Assembly: GCA_043228905.1 (NCBI GenBank)
Contig: JBHGNT010000002.1
Location: forward strand, 21,638,001-21,702,000
Source of the DNA: Azolla caroliniana
Lineage: Eukaryota; Plantae; Polypodiophyta
Reading direction: 5' to 3'
Length of the DNA: 64,000 nt
Shown here in pieces: positions 35,801-47,800 of this stretch. Positions within the stretch are counted from its first letter, which is position 1; each line of letters opens with the position of its first letter. The notes under the pieces were generated by a model. The model saw nothing but the letters and a program-made list of their open reading frames with translations. It did not search any database and had not been told where the DNA came from. Position numbers and translations under genes: made by a program.

Positions 35801-38522
35801 GCCGTCCATTCGCCGCAAGACGAGAGGGTTGCTCGCTCCGCACCCTCTCCCATGTCGTCGTCGTTTCGGTTGCCCGCCTTGCCGCCGCCACCGTCCGTCA
35901 CTCTAGGCCTCTCGCCGGCTCTCGGGCCGGGCGCCGGAGTCTCTAGGACCGGTGTGTGGAAGGTCGCGACACCACCACTCCTCTCGTCCGTAGCCACCTC
36001 CATTCGGACATCGTCGTCCGTGGCTACCCCGTCTTCGGTTTCGCAAGCATCGAGAATGCTTGCCGCCGCCTCTTCTTCACCGGTCTCGTCCTCATCTCGG
36101 TTGTCCGCCTTGCCGCCGCCACCGTCCGTAGCTCTAGGTCTCGTGTCGGCACTCGGGCCGACCGCCGAAGCCTCTAGGGCCGGTGTGTCGAAGGTCGCGA
36201 CACCATCGCTCGTCTCGTCTTCCTCCTCCATTTCGCAAGCCTCGAGTATGCTCGCGAAATCCTCGTAGAACGTTTCGGGCAACCGCGTCCCGAAACTTCC
36301 GCCCACTCTCGAAGTGGCGTCCATCGCTCCGTAGATATCGGCCTCGTCCATGGCCGTTCTTTTTCCCCGAGATGAGACGGTCGCTTGCTCCGCACCTTCT
36401 CTCGTGTCGACGCTGTGGTCGCCCGCCTTGCCACCGCCACCGCCTTTCACCATAGGTCTTACGCGGGCACTCGGGCCGGCCGCCGTGATCTCTAGGAATG
36501 ACGCGTGTAAGGTCACGGGACCGCCGCTCGTCGATGTAATGTCCGTAGCCACCTCCGCTCGGACGTCGTTGTCCGTGGCTGCCCCGCCTCCGTATATGCA
36601 AGCATCGGTTATGCTTGCCGCCGCCTCTTCCGCGGTCTCCTTACCGTTGTCTCGGTTGCCCGCCTTGCCGCCGCCACCGTTCTTTTCCCTCGGTCTCACG
36701 CGGGCGCTCGGGCCGGCCGCCGGGGTCTCTTGAACCGGTGCGTGGAAGGTTACGGTACCGCCGCTTGTCTCCTCCGTACTCGATGATTCGGGCCACCATG
36801 TCCCGAAACCGCCATGTCCACTCGAATCGGCGATCGCCGCCTCACCGTCCCCGACCTCGTCCTCGGTCGTTCTTTTCCCCCATGTCGAGAGGGCGGCTCG
36901 CTCCGCACCCTCTCCCGTGGTACCGATGTACCATTCTCTTTCGGCCTCCGCATAGGCCCCGTCCTCCATGTGTGAGGAAGCTCCTTCCTCCGCGTCCTCC
37001 GATTCGCTCGGGCCCGACCCCGCAATAAGCCATTCTTCGCCTTCGATTTTCGCCATTACGAGCCCGCACGCCTCCCGTATTAGCGCTTGTAGGTCGGGCC
37101 CCTCCAAACCGGTTCGCGATGAGCTCTCGTCCGGCGGCATGGCGTAGTCGGTCGTCGCTCTCTCTTCTCCCCCGCTCGCGGGCCGTGTTGTGGCCGACCG
37201 CCTCGCCTCATGTTGCCAACACACCCATTCCACTTCGGGCCACTCCTCGGTGAGACCATGCGCCCCATAATCGTCTTGAAGCTCGAACATGATGTCCATC
37301 CTCTCCTCATGATGGACCGTCTCCAAAAATAGGAGGACTTTGTCCGCCCCCACCGATCTTCGTTCCCACTCCGAGAGTTGAGAGAAACGACGCTCGAACT
37401 CTCGGAATGCCTCCATTGCGCTCCGGTGGTGCCTCGCCGACGCCACCCACCGATCGAACTCTCGCCGACCTCTTACCTCCGATTCCGCGCACCCGTATGC
37501 CTCCATTAGAGCCCCTTCAAAGGACTCCCACGATTCGTGAGCTTCTTGGAGCTCCTTGACCTCCTCGTACTTTGATGCGGCCACCGCTCGACGAAAGAAC
37601 TCTAGCCTCGTCGCTTCGTCCACGCCCATCCTCGTCATTTCCGCATCGTAGGCTCTCAAAAATTTTGGGACCTCCTTCCCATCGAACCGGCCGACTAGAC
37701 GGACCACCCTTTCGACCGCTTGTTGAGCCGCCTCTCGCCTCGCCCTCTTCCGTCCGGCGTCCATCAAGATCTTTGTCATCATCTCCTCGAAGTCGAAGCC
37801 TTCCTCCATCTCTTTCTCCCTTGCCGCCCTTCACGTCGAGTTCACCAAAGATGTCGCGTTGTTACGCGCGTGCGTGGAGAAGGGCGGAACCACGGGGGTC
37901 TTGGACTAAGGAGAAGGGGAGAAGGAATAGGACTTCGGAATGGAGCTTAGCACAAGAAGAGAAAGAATGAACAAGAGGAAGATGGAGGCCAAATGCTCAA
38001 CAAGATATATTAGAACCGAAAACCGATTACAAAATGGCGGCCGCGTAGGCCGCACCAAACGACTATGATAAACCCGAAACCCTAATCCGACGAAGAAGAA
38101 AAGAAACCCTAACCCTAAAACGAAATGGTATACCTCACTCACACTCAAAATAAGGCAACCCCCACAATGGTGCTCTTCCTCTCCCTTTATAGCACAAGGA
38201 GGGAAGACCGTTACATAAAGGTGCTACAAAATATCCCCTTTCAATCAATGGGGATATTTCCCTTGATTTTAGGGGAGGTGGGAAGGATGGGTCTTAACTC
38301 CCACCTCTACACGAACTACTATGTACCTATCTCTCTCTCTCACGTGGATGTGCGCGCAAAAGCACATCACCTTTACACTTTACAAATCCTAAGGTGCATT
38401 TCTAGCACCATACTTATCACTATCGATAAATAGAAATACAACATGTTGATGTGCAACGTCGCACATCGCGGGTTTGCTTGCTTCGCTCGGTTTTCCGCCT
38501 ATGGACGAAAATCTTCACGACA
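32874..38522 (-). mobile_element. Very young pol-less Trp-primed LTR element: 671-bp LTRs 37852-38522 and 32874-33544, PBS 37832-37847, PPT 33545-33556, TSD GCGT
   Basis: The LTRs have equal length and no mismatch was seen by eye (identical ORF-track translations at offset 4978). The 4-bp TSD is perfect. Confidence 0.96.
33556..37809 (-). CDS. 1417-aa protein: Gag capsid-like N-terminus, acidic Gly/Ala/Thr-rich tandem repeats, Arg/Trp-rich C-terminus
   Basis: Uninterrupted ORF from just after the PBS to the PPT. The N-terminal about 200 aa align to gag 17430-18797 (RFDGK, FERRFSQLS, KVLLFL, GLTEEW). No zinc knuckle, protease, RT or integrase. Confidence 0.88.
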   Translation of the reverse strand: MEEGFDFEEMMTKILMDAGRKRARREAAQQAVERVVRLVGRFDGKEVPKFLRAYDAEMTRMGVDEATRLEFFRRAVAASKYEEVKELQEAHESWESFEGALMEAYGCAESEVRGRREFDRWVASARHHRSAMEAFREFERRFSQLSEWERRSVGADKVLLFLETVHHEERMDIMFELQDDYGAHGLTEEWPEVEWVCWQHEARRSATTRPASGGEERATTDYAMPPDESSSRTGLEGPDLQALIREACGLVMAKIEGEEWLIAGSGPSESEDAEEGASSHMEDGAYAEAEREWYIGTTGEGAERAALSTWGKRTTEDEVGDGEAAIADSSGHGGFGTWWPESSSTEETSGGTVTFHAPVQETPAAGPSARVRPREKNGGGGKAGNRDNGKETAEEAAASITDACIYGGGAATDNDVRAEVATDITSTSGGPVTLHASFLEITAAGPSARVRPMVKGGGGGKAGDHSVDTREGAEQATVSSRGKRTAMDEADIYGAMDATSRVGGSFGTRLPETFYEDFASILEACEMEEEDETSDGVATFDTPALEASAVGPSADTRPRATDGGGGKADNRDEDETGEEEAAASILDACETEDGVATDDDVRMEVATDERSGGVATFHTPVLETPAPGPRAGERPRVTDGGGGKAGNRNDDDMGEGAERATLSSCGEWTAKDEAGDYKAESATSKVGERFGARRPKTSSGEEASGGAATFHTPALEASAVGPSAGTRPRTTGGGGGKAGKQNDAENGEEEVVASILEAYGIGDGGAANNDVRTKAATETTSGGAGSLPTPILEAPMAGPSAGMRLSATGGDGGKAGNGNEKEDWSGRRQDPLTPGPETSAVVLECQRETEEVGDDREEVRPGKSAYEDEYAGPGMGVYGGSDGKDRSGNEERVGNRPDRNTARKKKGVRAGEPGPNRRKPARPIGRLRLRLRWEPVSARWRLTGHDDHGSGEKRKQTRPSIPTLEATAVADQHKTGETAGGGEESEAGAYEVTGTDIRYEMVDGWVQDGEPVSERATATKEEKTDTKVGSTAEERDEMHAIRPMEGQDTSMPTKEPHRATEDDGRITPSRGEYEEEGGDDETRHDAREDWWEEVAYGEAKTGGHEDKTREGSSTPAIETPAIGASADVRPRVADGGGEGTKATTDEGTERGIREVAENEDVCAQKNEHDITKDVCGRAGQEGQEGVPPSETEIGEEGYLSERVREEERNANRAIRPHEGQATSTGTMVCSTAREHGKQGEGEKCVMGSSKDRSTSTHSEDDTDVRGKPTEGKRGARRVGTTRCAARKRRIRRICEADKGSATAFGRTDRGRKRGHRKRRSGCRRWFEETRWTWRIGWRPRLGERRQVWRIGWSRRFETIRRRWWAGRRRWFVWTGWTCSKWKTKPGKPTRLSRARLAASAENLAFCSPFGTYRWMCG

Positions 38523-39358
38523 GCGTAAAGAAAGCTCGACTAAAAAACAAAGAAACTTTCGATAAAAAATACTGATCCTTCAGCCGAAAAAGATAGAAGA
38601 AGGTGACTCGGTGGGTGTCGTGAAGGAATTGTTATCGTGGGTGTCGTGAAGGAATTGTTTTATGATATAATATATGTATATATATACTCAAGGATTATAT
38701 TGAACCCACAACCTTACAAATCAAGTAGAAAGTACATGCCACTAGACTAAGTTGTTTCCCTTAAATCTATTTTTTCATCATCGTATTTTTCACATGTAAT
38801 TTTTCATATATAAGAGCTCAAATGAGTGAGATGGATATGATGCATCACATGTAATGCATGAGCGCAAATGGCGATCATGCATCACATGCATTTCGTGCAT
38901 TATGTGCATGTCTTGTACCCTCACATGCATCATATGCATGGGGCATCTATATAAGAAACAAAGACAAAAAGGAGAAAGGGAAAAAGCTATATATGGAATC
39001 AAGAATTAATAATAAAAAATCCTAGTTATCTCATAGGTGAATGTGTTTTTTCTCTCAAAATTGAAGTAAATGTATGTTTATATTAAAACAGTTCTGACAA
39101 TACAAAAAAACTTGCTATCAAAACTACTTCAAAAGTAGCGATGTGGCAAGTTCAACCTTCTAAGGTGTTGCATTACAAAACGACACAAATGTAACTCATC
39201 TGGGCGCAAAGTTCCCATACAACATAACTATGGTACTTGGGCATGTTGTATATTTGGAACTTGCGGAATGGTTTCTTATTTGATGGGATTTCTGGAGTAT
39301 CTCAATGGATATGTAGGATAAGAGGAAAGTTGATGTGGCAGTTTTCACAGTTTTGGAA

Positions 39359-39359
<1 letters not shown>

Positions 39360-39403
<44 letters not shown>
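39360..39403. repeat. (TG)n microsatellite
   Basis: Read directly from the sequence. Confidence 0.95.
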
Positions 39404-39405
<2 letters not shown>

Positions 39406-42400
39406 TGTTGAGCGAGCAAGCTCAACCGGATCCGGATCGTCTAAATAAGCCTCAGCCGGATCGACATCTGGAAGGATGAGTCGGATCGGTATCCGAATGA
39501 TATCTGGAAACAACTGGCCGGATCGGAGAGCCGGATTCGATCGGGAACCGGAAGCCTAGTAGTAGCCTAGACTACTAGGTAATCATTGTCTCGTAGTTAG
39601 TGTCAGTCGCAGGTATGAGCATTGAAGTACCTGTCAGTACTTCTGTTAGTCCTTTATGGACTTGTATAAATAGTGTTGTTTAGCACGTTGTGTGTACAAT
39701 GTTTTAGAATTATTTTTTTAATAGAGTTTATGTTCTGCTCTTTGTCTCTCCCGTATATACTCTCTGTGTTAAGCTTGTCCATTAAACCTTCATCTCATTT
39801 TTTGTTGCTATCCGGCTGAGCCGATTCTGTCTGACGCTTTTGCACATTAACATTCACATGGTAACAGAGCGCAAGGGTTGAGAACCTCTGCAACCGACAC
39901 TTGCTTCCATTGACGAACCCTAGAACCCGCTAACAACAGATACAGAGAAGATATGGACAGAGGAATGGCGAGTTCACTTCCAACAGAGAAGCTCAACCAG
40001 AGCAACTATGCTTCCTGGTCATATAAAATGCACCAGTACCTGTTGGGGCATGGATATTGGAGCTTCGTGGAAGGAATAAATGAAGTAGCATCGGAGCCGT
40101 CACACAAAGACTTCCCGGTATGCGAGTAAGGAGCGAGTCGGGTACTGTATTGTCTCGCGTCCGGTGTGCATGATCAGATGCTCAGCTACATCAAGGATGC
40201 AAAGACGTCGAAGGAGGCCTGGGAAAATCTATGGAAGATTTTCGCCGCAAGTACCACAGCCCGTAAGATTTTCGCCGAAGGAGGCCTGAGACATGTCGGT
40301 TACGGACTACACCACCAAGATAAAGGAGATTTGCGACGCACTCAGGTCCATCAATGTGACGATGGACGAAGACGAGATGGTACAAATCTGCTTCGGTGGT
40401 CTAGCGCAAAGGTATGGGCAAATCCGGACAGCGATCTGCAGCCGGGAGAAACCACCGTCCTTCTTCGACTTGTAATCGATGTTGATGGTCGAAGAAAACC
40501 ACGCGACCGGGTCAAGGACCACTCAATCGAACGGTCGGATGTTGTACACGGAGACAGATCGGCCCGATGGACGTGGTGGACGAGGTGGGTCGGCACGCAA
40601 TGGAGGCGACCGACAAGAGCAGGACTGGAGGCACAGAGGTGGTGCCGATAGCAATTCCAGACTCTCCACAAGCAGGGGGAGTCAAAGCGGCGCCGGGAAC
40701 CGGCAAAGGAAGGCCGACACGGAATGCGAGTACTGTGGAAAAAAGGGCCACAGGGAAAGCGAGTGTTAGAAGAAGCATGCCGATTCAGAAAAATCCGGAT
40801 ATGACAAAACCAGTCGGGAGAACCAGCAAAGCTCGCACTACGCGGAAGGATCGGAAGGATCCGGAACCAGGAAAACCGGTAAAGGGCCAGCCTTCGTGAT
40901 GAAGCACAAGGCTAACTCGATGAAGAAGACTACTTCTGGATCGGAGGAAGTATGGTACGTTGATTCCGGAGCGTCCAACCACATGACAAGCCATGAAGAG
41001 TGGTTCTCTTCTTTGGAGAAACCGGAACAACCGGGGATTGTCGAAACCGGAGACGACACCCCTCACCCGATTGTGCATGTCGGAGAAGTTCCTTTAAGCC
41101 ATGTCGGACAAAAGGGGAAGCTGATGAACGTACTACACATTCCGACAATCACGAAGAACCCGGTGTCGGTCGGACAAATCGTCGACCAGGGGATGCAAAT
41201 GCAGTTTACACGCACCTCGGGTGCTTCATCGAGGAAGAGGGCCGGATAATTGCGCAAGGGCGCAGAGACGAGAGGATGTTCATCCTCAACACTAATGATG
41301 TCGGCACCGCTATGTTTGCAAAAGGGCAGAAGCTCGAATCGGACATCGACCTATGGCACAAGCGGATCGGCCACGTCAATTATCGGAGGCTTCAAGACCT
41401 ACAATCGAAACAAGTTGTTTTCGGTTTGCCAAAATTTATCGGCCGGAAGGCCGAAATTTGTGAAGCCTGCCATCCTCGGAAGCAACACCAGCTTCCATTC
41501 TCCACCGAACAAAACCGGAGCCGTAACAAGGTCGATCGAATACATTCAGATGTATGGGGACCGACACAGAATGTTAGTCTTGGCGGGAGTCAGTATTTCA
41601 TCTCCTTCATCGACGACTATAGCCGACACACGTGGATCTACCTCATCGAGAGGAAGAGCGAAGTCTTCGAGTGTTTACGAAACCTTCAAAGCTTGGTTGA
41701 ACGGGAAACAGAGCGGAAGATCAATTGCCTACGGTTAGATGGCGGAAAAGAATACTTTTCTAGCCAATTCAACTGTTATCTGCAGCAGAACGGAATTCGG
41801 AGGGAATTTAGCTGCAGATACACACCGGAAACGGTGTGGACAGAAGGAAGAACCGGTCGATTGTCGACGCGGCAAGGGCAATGCTGGAGGAGAAGAGCAT
41901 GCCCCATTTCTATTGGGTTGAGGCGGTCTGGACGGCCGTCTACATCCAAAACCGGATCGGAGACAAAATGTCAGCACACGAGCTGTATTTCGGGCGCAAG
42001 CCAAATTTGAGACACCTTCGGATATTCGGTAGCATAGCATATGTGCATGTACCGGATAAAAAGCGGAGGTGGTTGGATCCGAAGTCGGAGAAGTGCATCC
42101 TAGTTGGTTACCCGCATGAGCAAAAGGGTTATAAGTGCTATAACCCCTAGACTAAGCAAGTTCGAGTAAGCCGAGATGTCGAGTTTGATGAGACGGCATC
42201 ATGGTACTCCTTACCGACTCCAACTCCCAACAAAGACCCGATTCCGGAAGATGAGGCTAGTGAGCCCGAGGGGGTCCAGGTACAAGATGAAGTTTTTGGC
42301 ACTCTAGAAGAGAGCCCAATTTCATTCCGGTTGAGTGGACCGAATGAGCGGCTGGGTCGAGATGACCAGTCGGATGAAGAACTAGCGAGTAGTGGAGACT

Positions 42401-44401
42401 CTGTCATGCTCTCTTTGCACAAGGAACCGAGGAGACGGTTCACACACAAAGAGAAGGGGAAGAAGAAGATGTCGGAATACGAAACCGACAACATTGAGTC
42501 GGATCAGAGCAACTCTGACTCCGGAAAGGATGAAGGCGGATCTTCGGGAACGAAGTCCGAACAGGCCAAGAAGGACCCCAAACCGGGTGATGACAAGTTA
42601 CATCGGTCTTCCCGCCAGAAGAACCCCGTTACGCGGTACGGATACAATGAGTACATGGCGCATCACTATACATACATGACCAAGGTGGCGGAAGTGCGTG
42701 AGCTGGAGAGCTACGCAGAAGCAGCAAAGGACGCAAATTGGTGTGCCGCTATGGAGGAAGAAATGCGGGCACTAGATGCCAACGACACATGGGACCTCGT
42801 TGACCCTCCCCGACACTATAAAACCAATCGGTTGCAAATGGGTGTACAAGGTAAAGTACAATGCCGACAGTTCGGTTAACCGGTACAAGGCTTGGTTAGT
42901 GGAGAAGGGATACACACAGACCCACGGAATCGATTACGACGAGACCTTCGTCCCAGTAGCGAAGATGACGACGGTTCGTGTGGTACTGGCAGTTGTTGCA
43001 GCAAGGGGGTGGCATCTTCACCAGATGGACATGAGGAATGTGTTTCTTCAAGGTGACCTTGAAGAACGGGTCTATATGATCCAACCTCTCGGCTTTTAGT
43101 CGGAGATGAACAAGTCGGCGGTGTGCGGGCCTAAGAAGTCGCTCTACGGTCTGAAACAAGCCCCCCGAGCTTGGAATGCGAAGATCACGCACCAATTGCA
43201 TAAGCTGGGGTTTGTGACATCTAAATCCGACTCGTCATTGTTCATCCGGCAAGGTCCGGACAGTCCGGTTTGCATCTTACTTTATGTTCATGATTTAGTC
43301 ATCACCGAACCCGGACTCAATGAAATTGGCTGAGTCAAGTCCTAGTTGTCGGACGCATTTGAAATTAAGGACCTGGGGGACCTTCATTATTTTCTTGGGA
43401 TCGAGGTGATCCGAACCCCCGATGGCATATTGCTCTCACAACGTACAAGCATCACAACCGGGATCACTCCACCGGGTATCACCCACGACGGGAAGATTAC
43501 GGGAGGTATGACGACCAACCTCGGCAAGGGTACCGCAACAAAAAGAACTTTAATAAAAAACGGCATTTCAAAAATGGGAGCCACCCACGTGAACCGGAAA
43601 AAGGCGCCTCAAGCAGCCAACCGGACCAGAGCCCCGCGGTTACCACAAGTCCTCCACTGGGTACAGGAAACAATGCCGAATCCAGCAACACCCGGAAAGC
43701 ATATTGTTATTACTGCCGCCATGAAGGACATTATAGTAATCAATGTCTGGCAAAGAGCTATGATAAACGACCGGCAGTAAACATGGTAGTCGCCAAAGTC
43801 GCAGACCTACAACAGGTCACCACAAGGTCGAAGGGCAAGACAACGGAATAGGAGACACAAGAGGCCATCCGGAAACAGGCGACGGAATAGGTGAAAAAGG
43901 CAAACGAGTGAAACGTAGCAGAACTCGCGCAGCAATAGGAGAACACCGAGGAGCTCGCCGGTGGCAGTCAGTCCAAAAACGCGACATGGTAGGCATTGCC
44001 GAAATGCCAGATCACGGTGCCGTTAGGACGACTCTTGCAACTAGTACCAAGATTCACAGAAGAACTCAAGCCCGGCATTACGACAGACGGCACACCACCG
44101 GCTCCGGCATTCTTCTCAAATCCGAAGGAAGGACCAACCGTGGTGGACACCAACAGTCCGGCAATTACGACCATTGTGAAAGGGAAAGAACTCCCCGGCA
44201 CGATAATAGACGGAGGCTCCGGCGTTAATGTAATCAGCCTCCGGACGTGCGATGCTCTTGGAATCCAAGAGTGGGAGCCATGTCCGTTCTGGCTCCGAAT
44301 GGCGGACACAAGCTCGGTACAACCGACAAGATTAATACGGAACTTGGAAGTAACCATCGGGGGCCACACATTCCGAATCTCATCCGTAGTTCTCCAGTTG
44401 C

Positions 44402-47400
44402 TGTTATTGCTAGGGCCGGACAATAACCTAACACAGGGTGTCCACTTAAGACACGTCACCAAAGGGTGGTACGGCATAATGACTTACGGCACAACGCTTA
44501 ATTAGACCTTAATCGATTACTTAGCCATCCATAATTAACACGCGTAAGATATAACAATAAATACATAACGGTAATCAACACTTGAAGATTAGGACAATAC
44601 GCTTTATTAATTATCCGCTCCTGATTACATTGTAACCAGGCCTTTATATAGGTCTCCTGTGCGAAATACAAAACGGTGCCAAATGGCACCTTTACGGAAT
44701 CGTTCCGGATCCAGATCGGCATACCGATTCCGGTCCGTCCGTCCACATCTTTTTATATAATAATATGTATATATTAAGACTACTAATTACAATAGTTCCC
44801 GAATAACTATTCCTTTCACACTCTGGTTTGGACCTCCTTAAGCCTTCTTTGTCGGCCGGTAACACATGGCACGCCCGTGGGACAGTACCTTGTATGTCGA
44901 ACACACTATCCGGCCCTTTTACGCTTTCTCCAAAATGTCCAGAATGCTTTGCTCCAAAATTTCCAATGGCTCGTCAGGAATCTGTTGTTGCTGCTGTGGC
45001 TGCTCCTGTTGTTCCGTTTGTGGCTGTGGTTGTTGCTCCGTTTGTGGTTGTGGCTCCGTTTGTCGCTCTGGCACCGGTTTTTCCGTCGTTGGTTCCTCTG
45101 TCGGAGTTTTCTGTGGTTGACTGACCCCGGCCTGTTCCCCCTCCGGTCTTTGCACCGGCGACGGTTCCTCATCACTAAGGTTGACCGTTGCTGCCTTTCG
45201 CGCTTTTTCTTCCCGGAGCTGGGACCGCTCATAGCTTTCGAACTGTATTTGAGCCTCCAGTCAATCATCGTCCAGTTGAGCTATGAGCTGCCGAACCTGC
45301 ACCAATCGTTCATCCGCCAGGGCTGTGAAATCTTCCGCCAGCTCGTCCATGATAGTGATGAAGTTCTTTGAGGTCAGCATATAGCAGTCGTCGCCCTCCT
45401 TTCGCCGGTTTTCAACGTCCACCCTAAGCAATTGGAGTTCCGCGGTATTCTGCGCCCATTTTGCCCACCAACGCACAGAGCTGACATCAATCAAGCTTTT
45501 GGTTTTAGTGAGCCATGACCAGAGGATGCACTGGATCCGTTCGGCTCCCATATGTGATTTATATTTTGCGGCTTGTCACTCTTCCTTCAACTGCTTGATG
45601 ATCCGAACCGTGTCCGCCTCCTGCTCCCTATAATGAAACAATTGAGTTTGATAGGTGGTTTGCAACCTTTGTAGTACCATTGTCGCTCTTTCCTTGTCTT
45701 CATGGTTCTGTTTGTGGAGCTCCATCCGGTCATTCGCCGCTTCCTCCAATAGCCTGGAACTTTCCACTCGTTCTTCGACGAGTGCCGTTGTGGCCTTATC
45801 AACCTCTTGTCGGAGCTCGGCCATCCGTTGCTGATGCTCCGTCTCCAGCTGCTTGTAGTCCCGATGCAGATGATCGAAATCATCGGTCTTATACTTCAGC
45901 CTTCGGTTTATTTGACGGCGCGCGCGGTCCTCCCGGTCCTTCTGTTGCCGGAGCTCTTCCTTCAGCCGCTCGATTTCCATTTCCGCCATCCGTAGCAGCT
46001 TGTCTTTTTCCTGCAGCACTTTCTCTTTTTCCTCCTTCAGCCGGTCGTAAGCATGATGTCCTTTACGTAGGTTTTCCTCTGCCCGGCGAAGGTTCTCAGT
46101 AGTCTTTCTTAATTCTTCTTCGGCCGCCTTCTTCAAGTCGCGTTCGCGGCTCCATAATGCTTCTTGTCCGACTAGCTCATCTCGTAATTCCGCAAGCTCT
46201 TGGGCTTGCGCCGCCTCTTTCTCCTAGACAGTTTGTGTCTCCGGGATCTTATTCTTCTGTACATCAAGCGGAGTCACCGGTGCTTGGACCTGCGTTGCGG
46301 TTAAGGCCATTTTGGCCATATCTCCTGTGATCCGATCCAAGTCTTGTTCCAGGCACCGGATCAATGATCGGGCTGTCTCCAGTTCATCGGTTGTGACGAG
46401 CAACCGTTCCGTTTGCGCTACCGGAGCCATTGGTTGTCGGTGCACTGTTGTTGCGCTTGCACGGAGAGTTGGTTGATGGGTTGACTCGCTGGTGGCTAGT
46501 CCCGCCTTTCTACGTCAAGTTGCACTTCTGGTTCTGCCAGCTGACCACTTTGTCGTTCCGGCTCTGCGTGTGTTTCGTCTAGTCGCCCCTTGTGTGCTTG
46601 TTCTTGGCCAGCTGGGGCGGTTGGCCTTTGTATCTCCGGCTCTTGGGTGACGGGGCTTGCCGGTGTTGCCTGTTGTGCCGGCGTCTGAGGTCTTTGCCGG
46701 TTTTCCTTTGGTGTTGCCGACTCGACTTCCGGTGTTGGAGGTTTTTGCCGGTGTACTTCCGTCTCCGGAGGTTGCTCCACGACGAGTGCCGAAGGTTCTT
46801 GGTCTGCCAACTCTGGTTCCGGTGTCGGTAAAGTATCCGACTCCTCGTCCTCCGGTCCTCCTGGAGTGTCGTTACTGCTGCGATAGTTCGTATGCGCGCT
46901 GTAACCCCCTTCCGAATCCGATTCCAGCACTGAAAATGCTTCGGATTCGCCGTCTCTTCCGGCCAAGGCCTGGAGAAGAGTTTCCGCTTCCCGGAGGCTG
47001 CTTAAGCTGATTCCTACGTCCGGGTAGGCGTTTTGTTGTAGACGGAGCGACTCCTCCGCCACTTTCCGGATCACTTTGGAAAATGATCGATCCGTTCGGA
47101 TTTCTTCCGCTGCTTGTTGGAAAGCCTCTCGCCGCCGTCTCCGTTCAGCAAGTCTTCATGCTCTCTCCGTAACCGGGTCGTCTGTTGGCCTAGTCATCCA
47201 TTCCTATCGTTGTTCACTGCGATAATGTAGGAATCATGGTCGCCAAAAACTGTGTTATTGCTAGGGCCGGACAACAGCATAACACAGGGTGTCCACTTAA
47301 GACACATCACCAAAGGGTGGTACGGCAGAATGACTTACGACACAACACTTAATTAGACCTTAATCGATTACTTAGCCATCCGTAATTAACACGCGTAAGA

Positions 47401-47715
47401 TATAACAATAAATACAGAACGGTAATCAACACTTGAAGATTAAGACAATACGCTTTATTAATTATCCGCTCCTGATTACATTGTAACCGGGCCTTTATAT
47501 AGGTCTCCGGTGCAAAATACAAAACGGTGCCAAACAACACCTTTACGGAATCGTTCCAGATCCGGATCGGCATACCGATTCCGGTCCGTCCGTCCACATC
47601 TTTTTATATAATAATATGTATATATTAAGACTACTAATTACAACAGTTCCCGAATAACTATTCCTTTCACACTCTGGTTTGGACCTCCTTAAGCCTTCTT
47701 TGTCGGCCGGTAACA
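44402..47715 (-). mobile_element. Non-autonomous 3.3-kb derivative of the same family: LTRs 47253-47715 and 44402-44864, TSD GTTGC
   Basis: The LTRs are reverse-complement homologues of 54401-54858 and the 5-bp TSD is perfect. The interior is a decayed ORF homologous to 52530-54346. Confidence 0.93.
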
Positions 47716-47800
47716 GTTGCAGGCTCAAGGAGCGTACCCATTATTGCGGGGACGCCCGTGGTTAAAGACGGCACATATCAAGTAGAACTGGAGGAGGAAT

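Noticed and set aside
33578-37970. Numerous + strand ORFs up to 274 aa overlapping the 1417-aa ORF
   Set aside because: Antisense shadows in GC-rich repetitive coding sequence, with no motifs.
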